Positions 38,212-49,300 of a stretch of DNA of 64,000 nucleotides are shown one piece after another. The DNA is from Blastocatellia bacterium (GTDB lineage: Bacteria; Acidobacteriota; Blastocatellia; UBA7656): positions 32,001 through 96,000 of the forward strand of contig CAVXWP010000004.1 in assembly GCA_963765495.1 (NCBI GenBank). The letters run 5' to 3'. The first letter of the stretch is position 1, and every line of letters begins with the position of its first letter. The translations under genes were made by a program, and so were the position numbers. A model generated the notes under the pieces. The model saw only the letters and a list, made by a program, of their open reading frames with translations. It was not told the origin of the DNA and made no database searches.

Positions 38212-38791
38212 AGAGGCGGAAAAACGGCGCACGACACGCGAAACGGATGTCGAGGTAAGGATCAATCTGGATGGACGAGGCCAGTCTGACATCGCTACCG
38301 GCATAGGCTTCCTCGACCACATGCTAGATCTGTTTGCACGGCACGGTCTGTTCGACCTTACGATCAGTTGCAAAGGCGACCTGCACATTGACGGTCATCA
38401 TTCGGCCGAAGATGTGGCCATCACTTTTGGACAGGCATTTGCCGACGCTTTAGGCGACAAACGCGGGATTGTGCGCTACGGTGCGGCCTATGTGCCAATG
38501 GACGAAACGCTTGTGCGCGCGGTGGTTGATTTGAGTGGCCGGGCCTTCACCGTGTATAAAGTCCCTCCCTTGCGTGACAGGATCGGAGAGTTGGACGTAG
38601 AACTTGTAGAGCACTTCTGGAGATCATTTGCCGGTGAGGTTCGATGTAATCTGCACATCGAGTTGCTCTATGGCGCGAACCAGCACCATGTACTGGAAGC
38701 GGTATTCAAATCAGCCGCGCGCGCCCTTTCAGCGGCAACCAGAATTTCTGAGCGAATAGAAGGCGTCCTTTCTACAAAGGGACAACTGTAG
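38204..38791 (+). CDS. hisB: Imidazoleglycerol-phosphate dehydratase
   Basis: RTTRETDV, TGIGFLDHML, DGHHSAED, PMDETL, NQHHVLEAVFK, STKG. Confidence 0.96.
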   Translation: MAREAEKRRTTRETDVEVRINLDGRGQSDIATGIGFLDHMLDLFARHGLFDLTISCKGDLHIDGHHSAEDVAITFGQAFADALGDKRGIVRYGAAYVPMDETLVRAVVDLSGRAFTVYKVPPLRDRIGELDVELVEHFWRSFAGEVRCNLHIELLYGANQHHVLEAVFKSAARALSAATRISERIEGVLSTKGQL

Positions 38792-38928
38792 GGGCCAGGG
38801 GCCGGGGGCTGGCGGCCGGTAACAGAAGTAGAGATCGAGATCAGTAACAGATGGAAGACCATACTATCAGCAAATCACCGAGGCACCGGCGTAATCACCT
38901 AATCCCGGCCCCCGGCCCCCGACCCCTG
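38790..38928. repeat. Palindromic 7-bp-period repeat element (GGGGCCG/CGGCCCC)
   Basis: AGGGGCCAGGGGCCGGGGGCTGG ... CCCGGCCCCCGGCCCCCGACCCCT fills the hisB-hisH spacer. Confidence 0.75.
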
Positions 38929-38930
38929 CT

Positions 38931-39533
38931 ATGATTGCAATCATCGATTACGGAGTAGGCAACCTGCGCAGCGTCGAAAAGGCGCTGGAGGCAATCGGCG
39001 CATCGGCTGTGGTCACAAGCGATGTGGGGGCAATTCGTGAAGCCGACCGTCTGGTGCTTCCCGGCGTTGGCGCTTTTGGCGAGTGCGCCGACCGATTGCG
39101 CGCAACGGGGCTGGACAAACTTGTGCTCGAAGCCGCGCAAATCAACAAGCCAGTGCTGGGCCTGTGCGTAGGGTTGCAACTGATGTTTGAAGAAGGGCTC
39201 GAATTTGGCAGGCACAGGGGATTGGGTCTGATGCGCGGGCGCGTAATCAGGTTTCCAGATGACGGGCCGCACGTGCCTCAGATAGGCTGGAATCAGATCG
39301 AGACAGCCCGCCCGCATAAACTGCTAGACGGATTGGCCGACGGGACCTATTTCTATTTTGTTCACTCATATTACATCGAACCCGCAGATGCTGAGGATGT
39401 GCTTGCCGTAACCGAATACGGTATCCGCTATCCGAGCGTCTGCGGCAGAGGGGCTGTTTTTGGCGCGCAGTTTCATCCCGAAAAGAGCCAGAAGGCAGGG
39501 CTAAGATTGCTGGCCAACTTTGCCGCGCTCTAA
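38931..39533 (+). CDS. hisH: Imidazole glycerol phosphate synthase glutaminase subunit
   Basis: IDYGVGNLRSV, LPGVGAF, GLCVGLQ, PQIGWN, YFVHSY, QFHPEKS. Confidence 0.96.
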   Translation: MIAIIDYGVGNLRSVEKALEAIGASAVVTSDVGAIREADRLVLPGVGAFGECADRLRATGLDKLVLEAAQINKPVLGLCVGLQLMFEEGLEFGRHRGLGLMRGRVIRFPDDGPHVPQIGWNQIETARPHKLLDGLADGTYFYFVHSYYIEPADAEDVLAVTEYGIRYPSVCGRGAVFGAQFHPEKSQKAGLRLLANFAAL

Positions 39534-39562
39534 ATGATTGAGATGGAGTGGCGGACCGATTT

Positions 39563-40111
39563 TCAAGCCGCGCCCGTGTCGGCATCTTCGAGAAAGAGGT
39601 ATTTGCGCCATTCCGGGCGCGACTGGGCGGCGTGATAAAGCGCCGTTTTCTCAAGACCATAATTGAGCGCGCTTGGATTGGAAAGCAGAGGCATCCTGGC
39701 CTCCTCAGGCGTTCGATTTCCCTTGCGTTGATTGCAGACCTTGCACGCTACGCACAGGTTTTCCGCAATCGTGCGTCCTCCACGAGAGCGTGGATGGATG
39801 TGATCCAGGGTAAGCTCGAAGGCGCTCTCTTTGACTCCGCAATATTGGCAGCGATAACGATCTCTCATAAGGATCGCTGCTCTCATGCTGGGCGAACGGC
39901 TCTGGCGTCCCCTCACATCTATGTAAGCGAGAAGCCTGATGACCGAAGGAGCCGGAAAGACAAACCGTGGAGAACGCAGGACACGATCTCCGTCCAGTTC
40001 AATTACTTCTGCGGTTTCTTTCCACACAAGCCGGATGGCGCGGGGAATCCCTACCGTGCCAAGTGGTTCATACGAGGCATTCAGCAATAGCACTTTTCTC
40101 GTCAGTACCAT
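39563..40111 (-). CDS. HNH endonuclease (McrA-like)
   Basis: VLLLNASYEPL, PSVIRL, RDRYRCQYCG, LTLDHIHPRSRGG, N.CVACKVCNQRKGNRTPEEA. Confidence 0.93.
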   Translation of the reverse strand: MVLTRKVLLLNASYEPLGTVGIPRAIRLVWKETAEVIELDGDRVLRSPRFVFPAPSVIRLLAYIDVRGRQSRSPSMRAAILMRDRYRCQYCGVKESAFELTLDHIHPRSRGGRTIAENLCVACKVCNQRKGNRTPEEARMPLLSNPSALNYGLEKTALYHAAQSRPEWRKYLFLEDADTGAA

Positions 40112-40312
40112 AGCGTATCCAGGTGTCTATTCAGAGTCGGATATAAGCCGGGAGCGAGCTTTTTCCCTGTTATCCTACAGGAAATGATCTGTTCAGGCCA
40201 GGTGGTATGCGGGTTTTCCCTGCTAAAACTTAAAAATGTGTAGGGCCTTTTAAGTCTCATGAAATTCCTAGCATACGCGGGCGACTTTGCGTTGATTCAT
40301 TTTTCGCAAATT

Positions 40313-40347
40313 AAAAAAACGGGCCGGAAACCTGAAGTCTCCGGCCC
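40313..40347 (-). terminator. Rho-independent terminator of the giant gene
   Basis: GGGCCGGA...TCCGGCCC stem with an A7 run on the plus strand (U tract on the minus strand), just after the stop at 40377. Confidence 0.75.
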
Positions 40348-40376
40348 TAAAGGATTTTCACTGATCTGTCAGTCCT

Positions 40377-43300
40377 TTATCTATCTGTATTCACTACATT
40401 CGGTGGACAACTGCACGTGCTGTTTGTCGTGTCGTCATCCTTTATCGAACTTACTGTCAATCTCTTGTTCTGCACTATCGTAAGCGTCGCATCCCCCTTG
40501 TGCGTGCACGTGTTTATGTGCGCCTGCACCGTCTGGTTCCCCTGGTTATAGGTCAACGTTATATTGCAGTTAGACCTTGTGATAGATCCTCTGCCTGATA
40601 TCTGGAATCCATCGCTGCATCTCACAAACAGATAGTCTCCCGTAACCGAGTTGAAGACTATATAGCTCCCGTTCGTGTTGTCCTGTAAGCACACGTCGAA
40701 GACCGATACGGTAAAGCTACACGTTGCTGTGTTGCCTGCCGTGTCCGTCACCGTGCATACCACCGTAGTTGACCCCAGCGGGAACTCGCTTCCAGACGGC
40801 GGGTTGCACACTACGCTCGCCACTCCGCAGTTATCCGCTGTCACTGGCGGCGGGTAATTCACTACCACTCGCGGGTCACCCGGGTTCACCGTCGTAATAA
40901 TTATATTCGCCGGACAAGTGATCGTAGGCGGCACCTGATCTACTCCCAAAGTCGCTGCCTGCGATGTCGCCATCCCGCAAGTATTTGTGAACTTCGCTCG
41001 ATACCTGTTGTTTCTAACTGCTACCGTTGCCGTCACCGTCAACGGATTGCTCGTCGCGCCTCCTATGTTATTAAAGGTCGCCCCGTTGTCGGTTGACACC
41101 TGCCATTGTATCGTCGGCGCCGGGCTTCCCGACGCCGTTGAAGAGAAGTTCACTACATCTCCTACACAGGCTGTCACGCTCTGCGGATTTGTCAGCACAA
41201 CGGGCGTCGTGTTCACTGTCAACATCGCCGCGCTTGTCGGCGTCATACCGCACGTGTTTGTAAACACCGCCCGGTACTTGTTCCCGTTCATCGAGAAGTT
41301 CGCCGTAAACAATAGCGTTGTCGATGTCTCTCCGCTCAAGTTATTGAATGTCCCGCCTCCATCGGTTGAGACCTGCCACTGCACGGTCGGCGTCGGCGTT
41401 CCGTTTGCTGCTGCTGTAAACGTCACCTTGTCTCCCGCGCAGACGGTCTGCGTTTGCGGATTTTGCGTGATATCGGGCGCTCGATTTACAAACGTAGTCG
41501 CCGTCCCCGTGTTGTTACCCGGTGTCGGGTCCATTATGGTCGAGGCCGCCGTAGCAGAGTTTGTGATCGTCGTCCCTCCCGATGTTGCAGAGTTCACATT
41601 GACAACTACTGTGAAGGTCGCACTGTCTCCGTTCGAGCTTGTCGCCTTCGAGAAGACCACATTGCCGGTTCCTCCGACTGCCGGGGCCGATGTGCTCCAC
41701 CCCGACCCGGTCGTGACCGTAGCCGACACGAACGTGGCATTAGCTGGCACCGCGTCTGTCACTGTCACATTGAGACCGTCTCCCGGCCCGTTGTTCGAGT
41801 AGTTGATCGTGTAGGTGATATTGCTCCCAGCGCAGACAGGGTCAGGCGAATCACTCTTCGTCACCGCAAGATCGGCCTGTGCAAGCACGGTCGTCGTAGC
41901 GGTAGAAGAATTGTTGCCCGGTGTCGGGTCTGTCGTTGAGCTTGCAGCTGTCGCCGTGTTCGTCAGCGTCGTGTTGTGTGGAGTGTTGGCATTGACATTG
42001 ACAACGATTGTGAAGACGGCTGTTTCAGATCCGCCAACCGACGCCTTCGAGAATACGACATTGCCGGTCCCTCCAACTGCCGGGGCCGATGTGCTCCACC
42101 CCGAGCCTGTCGTGACCGTTGCCGACACGAACGTCGTGTTTGCGGGTACGGCATCGGTGACAGTCACTGAGTTAGCCGAACTCGGCCCGTTGTTTGTGAA
42201 GTTGATCGTGTAGGTGAGATTCTGGCTCGCTACCACCGGGTCAGGAGTGTCGGTCTTGACCACGGCGATGTCGGCCATCATCTGTACCGTCGTTGTTGCC
42301 GTAGCAGAGTTGTTGCCCGGTGTCGGATCTGTCGTAGCCGAGGCCGCTGTCGCCGTGTTTGTGATCGTAGCTCCGTCGGCCGTCGTCGAGTTGACCTTGA
42401 CAACCACAGTGAAGACGGCTGTTTCCCCTGCTGACACTGCGCCTTTAGAGAAGACCACGTTGCCGGTACCGCCAACTGCCGGGGCCGATGTGCTCCACCC
42501 CGAGCCTGTCGTAACTGTTGCCGATACAAACGTTGTGTTTGCTGGCACCGCGTCTGTGACGGTGACGGTCTGGGCATCTGAGGGGCCGTTGTTTGTGAAG
42601 TTTATCGTGTAGGTGATGTTATTTCCGGCTATCACTGGATCAGGCGAGTCGGTCTTTGTTACCGCAAGGTCTGCCATCGTTTGCACGGTAGTCGTCGCCG
42701 TCCCCGTGTTGTTGCCAGGCGTCGGATCACTTGTCGCGCTGGCTGCTGTCGCGCTGTTTGTGATCGTAGCGCCGTTTGCCGCGCTTGTATTGACTTTAAC
42801 TACCATCGTGAAGACGGCTGTTTCACCGGCGCTGACGGTGCTCTTTGAGAAGACTACGTTGCCTGTACCGCCGACTCCGGGCGCGCTGCTGCTCCACCCC
42901 GAGCCTGTCGTGACCGTTGCCGACACAAACGTCGTGTTTGCGGGTACGGCATCGGTGACAGTCACGGTCTGGGCATCTGAGGGACCGTTATTTGTGAAGT
43001 TTATCGTGTAGGTAATGTTGTTACCCGCAACCACAGGGTCTGGTGAGTCGGTCTTCGTAACGGCGAGGTCCGCGCTCGTCTGCACGGTAGTCGTCGCCGT
43101 TGCCGAATCGTTACCCGGCGTCGTGTCTGCCGTAGTGGCTGAGGTCGTCACCGTGTTTGTGATCGTCGATCCATTTGCCGTGCTTGCGTTTACCTTGACC
43201 ACAATAGTGAAGACGGCTGTCTCACCATTGGCGACCGTTGCCTTCGAAAATACAACGTTGCCGGTCCCGCCGACTGCCGGGGCCGATGTGCTCCACCCGC

Positions 43301-46300
43301 TGCCTGTCGTGACTGTTGCCGATACAAACGTCGTGTTTGCCGGAACCGCATCTGTGACAGCCACGGTTGTAGCCTGAGACGGGCCGTTGTTTGCGAAGTT
43401 TATCGTGTAAGTGATGTTGTTTCCGGCTATCACTGGATCAGGCGAATCACTCTTTGTAACGGCGAGGTCGGCCACTGCCTGAACGGTAGTCGTAGCCGTA
43501 GAAAAGTTATTGGCAGGAGTCGGGTCTGAGGTAGCCGAAGCCGCTGTCGCCGTGTTTGAAATAACAGTGCCGCCGGCTGTCGCGGAATTGACATTGACAA
43601 CCACAGTAAAGACGGCTGTTTCCCCTGCTGCAACTGTGCCTTTAGAGAAGACCACATTGCCGGTCCCACCGACTGCCGGGGCCGATGTGCTCCACCCCGA
43701 CCCGGTCGTGACCGTAGCCGATACGAACGTCGTGTTTGCTGGCACGGCATCGGTGACAGTTACGGTCTGGGCATCTGAGGGACCGTTGTTTGTGAAGTTT
43801 ATCGTGTAGGTGATGTTGTTACCTGCAACCACAGGATCAGGCGAGTCGGTCTTTGTAATGGCGAGGTCTGCGCTCGTCTGCACAGTGGTTGTCGCGGTTG
43901 CGGAATTGTTGCCCGGCGTCGGGTCTGTTGTAGCCGAAGCTGCCGTGGCCGTGTTTGTGATCGTAGCCCCGTTTGCAGTTGTGGCGTTAACCTTAACTAC
44001 AACAGTAAAGACAGCCGTCTCGCCTGCGGCTACCGTGGCCTTTGAGAATACAACGTTTCCGGTTCCACCGACTGCCGGGGCCGATGTGCTCCACCCCGAG
44101 CCTGTCGTGACCGTTGCCGACACAAACGTCGTGTTTGCGGGTACGGCATCGGTGACGGTGACGGTCTGGGCATCTGAGGGGCCGTTGTTTGTGAAATTTA
44201 TCGTATAGGTGATGTTCTGGCCTGCCGTCACAGGGTCTGGTGAATCGGTCTTTGTAACGGCAAGATCGGCCCTTGTCTGCACAGTCGTTGTCGCGGTCGC
44301 GCTGTTGTTGCCCGCTGTAGGATCGGTCGTAGCAGTCGCCGCCGTTGCGGTGTTGGTAATCGTCGTTGCGTCAGGTGTGCTTGCACCTACCTTGACAACC
44401 ACAGTAAAGACTGCCGTCTCGCCTGCCGCTACCGTCCCCTTCGAAAATACTACGTTGCCCGTACCGCCAACAGCCGGGGCCGATGTGCTCCACCCCGAGC
44501 CTGTCGTGACCGTTGCCGACACGAACGTTGTGTTTGCGGGTACGGCATCGGTGACAGTCACGGTCTGGGCATCTGAGGGGCCGTTGTTTGTGAAATTTAT
44601 CGTGTAGGTGATGTTGTTTCCGGCTATCACCGGGTCTGGCGAGTCGGTCTTTGTCACCGCAAGATCGGCTTCGGTTGCCACGGTAGTCGTTGCGGTCTTG
44701 GAATCATTGCCCGGTGTGGGATCAGCCGTAGATGAAGCCGCTGTCGCCGTGTTTGTGATCGTAGCCCCGTTTGCGGTGTTCGAGTTGACCTTTACTACCA
44801 CCTGGAATGTAGCCGTTTCGCCATTTGGCACACTACCCTTCGAGAAGACTACATTGCCCGTACCGCCAACGGCAGGCGCGCTTATACTCCACCCGCTGCC
44901 GGTTGTGACACTCGCTGATACGAATGTCGTGTTTGCGGGTACGGCATCTGTGACAGTAGCCGAGGTCGCGCTGCCCGGCCCGTTGTTTATAAAGCTGATG
45001 GTGTAGGTGATGTTGTTACCGGCAAGCACCGGGTCGGGGGCATCGGTCTTGCTGACAATTTCAAGATCGGCCTGCGCCTGAACGGTCGTCGTAGCAGTGC
45101 CGGTGTTATTGCCCTGCGTGCCGTCCGGTGTGTCGGAAGTGATAACGGCATTGTTTGTGACGATGGTGCCGCCCGGTGTGGCGTTGTCTACGTTGACGAC
45201 GAGAGTGAATGAAGCGGTCTCGGCGTTTGCGACGGTCGGCTTAGTGAACATTATAGTTCCGGTGCCGCCGACAGGGACCGAATCGACTCTGGTCCATCCA
45301 GCCGGAGTAGTGACCGAGACGAAAGTTGTATTTGCGGGAATCGCATCTGTAAGCACCGCGTTGTTTGCCGTGTCGGGCCCGTTGTTTATAGTGTTGATGG
45401 TGTAGGTGATGTTGCTGCCTGAGAAGACCGGGTCGGGCGTGTCAGTCTTTGTGACAGCCAGATCGGCCTGGGCAAGGGTTGTGCAGGTTGGATTGGCGGC
45501 CCCGGCTACATCGGGATCATCGGTTAGAACACTGATGGGGCCGTCGGCAGTGACCGTGCCCTGATTGCAGACCTGAGTCGTTCCGGGAGGAACCACCGGA
45601 GTGTTGATGGTGGCCTGGAACATTATCGTCACGCTCTCGCTCGGCGGGAGCGTGAACGGCCCGATACTGATCGAGCCGACAGCCGGAGCGTTTGGAGTCG
45701 CTTGCTGCTGACCGGTTGCCGCAGATGGACCGGCCGAACTAAAGGAAGCGGTTTCGACCGTCTCGGCTCTGATGCCCATCACGCTTACGTCTTGCGGGCG
45801 CGTGAAGACAGCGGGTCGCAAATCAGGAATCCGAGTTGCTGTCGTGGCATCTGCGGTTGCTGACAACTGCCGTAAATCATTCGATGTTGAGAGTTGACCC
45901 GAAGCCGCCACAGAAGGATTCTTTTGAATCGCCTCATCAGCAACTCCGACAGCATAGGCGGTTTCCACCTTGCCCGTTGCGGTCGACACGGTTGGAGCGG
46001 TCCATTTTGAGAGCGCATAGCCGACCGGCTCAACCACGCTTGTGATCGGGCCTACCTGCAATGTCGGCAGAGATTCAAGCACGTAAACAAAAGCCATGAG
46101 GGCATCGCCCGTGCTGATGGAGCCGGAAGATGTCGAAGTATTCCTTCCGCTCACCTTGGTTTCGGGCAGACGCCGCGTCCCCGTAGCAAGGGAAGTAGAG
46201 GTCAACGCATCCTGTCTTCTCTCGGCGCGCGGTTTGTCGTGGTCGAGCACAAACCCGAGCGCGTGCATGACAACCGTAAAGAGGTCCATGCGCTGATATG

Positions 46301-49300
46301 CCTGAGAAATTTCGCTCGCCTTGAGGTCATTTCCGTCCTGCGTCTCGAACTCCGTTTCATCATAAGGAGTCACATCTATAAACCAGCCGTAACCGGCGGC
46401 GCGGCGATCAATCACAACCTGCGTTGCCGTTGTGTAAGCCAGTTGACCGTCAGGCAGATCGTCTATATCGAAATTGACGGCTTCGAGCCGGGCAACGTCT
46501 TCGGCTGAAATGCCCATTGCCTTCCATCGCTCGATTGCTGCCGGGATGATCCACGGCAAATCGGATTTCTTCAGTTTGCCGAGTGATTTTCCGCCCGGTC
46601 CCTGCCCGCCTTCGGCCCAGAGCGTGTCATCGGTTGGACCCGCGACACTGTCGGGTTGTTCGCTCAAACTCTGCTGAGTTGTTTCTCCGGGATCGGCAAA
46701 GCTCGGCTGTACGCAGGTCGCAACTGCGGGAGGCAGTGTCGGGTTGCCCGCGACCAGAGTGATCGTCCCGGATGGCAGCACCGACGGGTTCCCGGTGTTG
46801 TCATCTTTTATCACCAGTGTCGCGGTGGCCGAGGCGGACCCTCCCCGCGAAAGATTAAACGTCCCGAAGGTCTGTAACAATACCACATCGGCCGCCGTCC
46901 CAAGCGTACCGCCCAGAGCATTTTTATCTGCTGACACCGATGAACTTCCTACCAGAACATTTAACGTGGTGGCATCGCCGGGCAGAGCGCCGGTCTCAAG
47001 AAAGAGGCCGGCTTCGGGAGTTCCCCCGCTCAAGGGATTGATCGTATTACCGAGGATCGTAGCATTCATCGTGCTGCTGCCCTCTGCGGGTCTGAGCAGC
47101 ATTCCATCGTTTATTACCTTATTAATTGTGTTGTTTTTGACCAGAACCGTGTGCACTCCTGTGCCGAGACTCCTGACTCGGATGCCCGTATCGCCTCCCG
47201 AGTTATTCACAGCCGTTACGCCTATGGTGTTGTTGATTATTGACCCGACGGCATTGCCGGCCCCATTTCCTTTAAAAACGTCGAGAGAAGTGCCTTTGGC
47301 ATCGCGGAAAGTGTTGCAGGAGATGTCATAGGTCATCGAGGCGGTGACACCGGGAGCGCCCCCGGAGGCGATCAATACGCCGCCGCCGCCGCTCAAGATA
47401 TTCGCGTGGTTGTTGCTGACCTTGTTCCTTCGAAAGATAAGGTCCATCGTCGAGTTCTGGTTAGCGGCTATATTGATAACATCGCCTTTGGCGCTCGTAA
47501 AGATGCTGTCAGAAACCGTGACATTTAGTGTGGCGCTGTTGAACGCCTCGACGTGGAAGCTGTCGTCTTCATTCCCCGATGCCTGCATCGCGTTTACGGT
47601 TGTGTTTGTAAAATTCAACCTGTTCAGGCTTCCGCTGTTTACGATGACGTTGACATTGAATTCATAGCCGCCGCTGATCGTGCAATTAGAAATCGTCGCG
47701 TTCCCGGTCAGGTCAGTAAACCGGATGGCGGCTTCATCAGACCCGCCGCCCGAGGTATTGTTGCCACTGTTTCCGCTGATGACCGAGTTGTCGAGCGTAA
47801 AGCCTGAAACCGTCGTGCCGCGTATGGCAAAGTTGCCAAAGTCGTTCAACTGCATCCGCGTAAAAGACGGGTTCGTGGTGCTGTTGAGGTAGATGCCGAT
47901 TCCGTTGGTCGTGCCGCCGTCTGCGCCTACCTGTGCCTTGTTTGCGATAGTTCCGCCCGATGCGGCAGTGCCGGTTCCGGTGACAGTCAGGCTGCCGGTC
48001 GAGCCTGTGGTGTCGAGGATTATGCCCGTGCTTGTCCCACCATTCGATGTGATGCTCTGGAACGTCATCCCGCTTACGCCTATCGTCGTGGAACTGACAT
48101 TCAAGGCCGTGCCCTGCCCTGAACTGATCGTGTTTACACTGCCTGTGACGTTTACGCCCACCGCGCCGCCTGTCGCGTTGAACCCGGTTCCAGTAGTCGT
48201 AGTGATCGCCAGTCCACCGTTTGAGAAGTTGATCGTCGCACCATTGGCCGTTCCATTAGTACTGAGAGTGACCGCTGCATTTGTGCCGGTGTTCAGGCTC
48301 TTGCTCAACCCGCTGAAGGTGATCGTCTTCGTAGCTACGGTGTTGTTGTTTTGAACGAGAATGCCCGTGCCCGTATCGGTGATGTTGCCGCTAAAGGTCA
48401 CCGACCCGCCCGTCGTGCTTGTGATCGACACCGAGCGATTGCTGGCGTTAGTGATGCTGCCGCCATAAGAGATCGTCGCGGCCCCGCCGTTTATGCTTGC
48501 CGCGATTCCCGTAGAGGTAGTGATCGAGCCGCCGGGGCTCGCAAAGCTTCCCGACGCGCTGTTGAATCTGATGCCTTCGGTAGAACTGCCCGAGGATGAA
48601 ACGCTCGTCAGAGCCAGTCCCATCGTTACGCTGTCGAGGTTTACGCCCTGCCCGCCGGTCGCGCTGATCGTCCCGCTGGTGGCATTGACCGTACCGCTCA
48701 CGGTCGCTACAAGCCCGGCTCCGGCTCCTGTCGTGATATTGAGCGACGTAAAGCCAACAGTTGCGGTTCCGTTACTGGCAAGATTTACGCCAGTCCCGGA
48801 CGCCGTTTTGTTTACGGTCGTTGCGCTAAAGCCGAATATCGAGGTTCCAAATGTGCTTTGAATGTCAATACCCGTAGTCGCAGGCGTCTGGATATTGGTT
48901 GTCCCGGTCACAGTGATGTTGCCAATACAACCCTGTGTCTTGATACCTTCGGCCGTGCTGTTTGTTGACGCAAGGCTTGTGAAATTCAAACCTGTTCCCA
49001 GATTCTCGCTGGTCAGATCGAGCGCCGCTCCGCCCGTTGCGTTTATCGTGCTTGAGCCTCCGACGCTCACTGTTCCCGCCGCGTTTGCGACTATGCCTCT
49101 GCCGCTTGCTGTCGTTATGCTGACTCCGCCCGTGAAACTGACTGTCGGGTTGCCGCCCGTAAGGATGATTCCGTCACCCGTTGTGCCTGTAGTCGTAGTC
49201 GTACCCGTAACGGTGAAGGTCCCGCCCGTGGCAGACGTCAGCCTCACGCCTCGCGTGCCGTTCGTAGATGAAAGGCTTTCAAAGGTTACTCCGAGCGTGC

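Noticed and set aside
41490-45470. Regular repeats as a possible CRISPR array or diversity-generating element
   Set aside because: The period is 399 bp, in frame and coding; there are no spacers, cas genes or reverse transcriptase.
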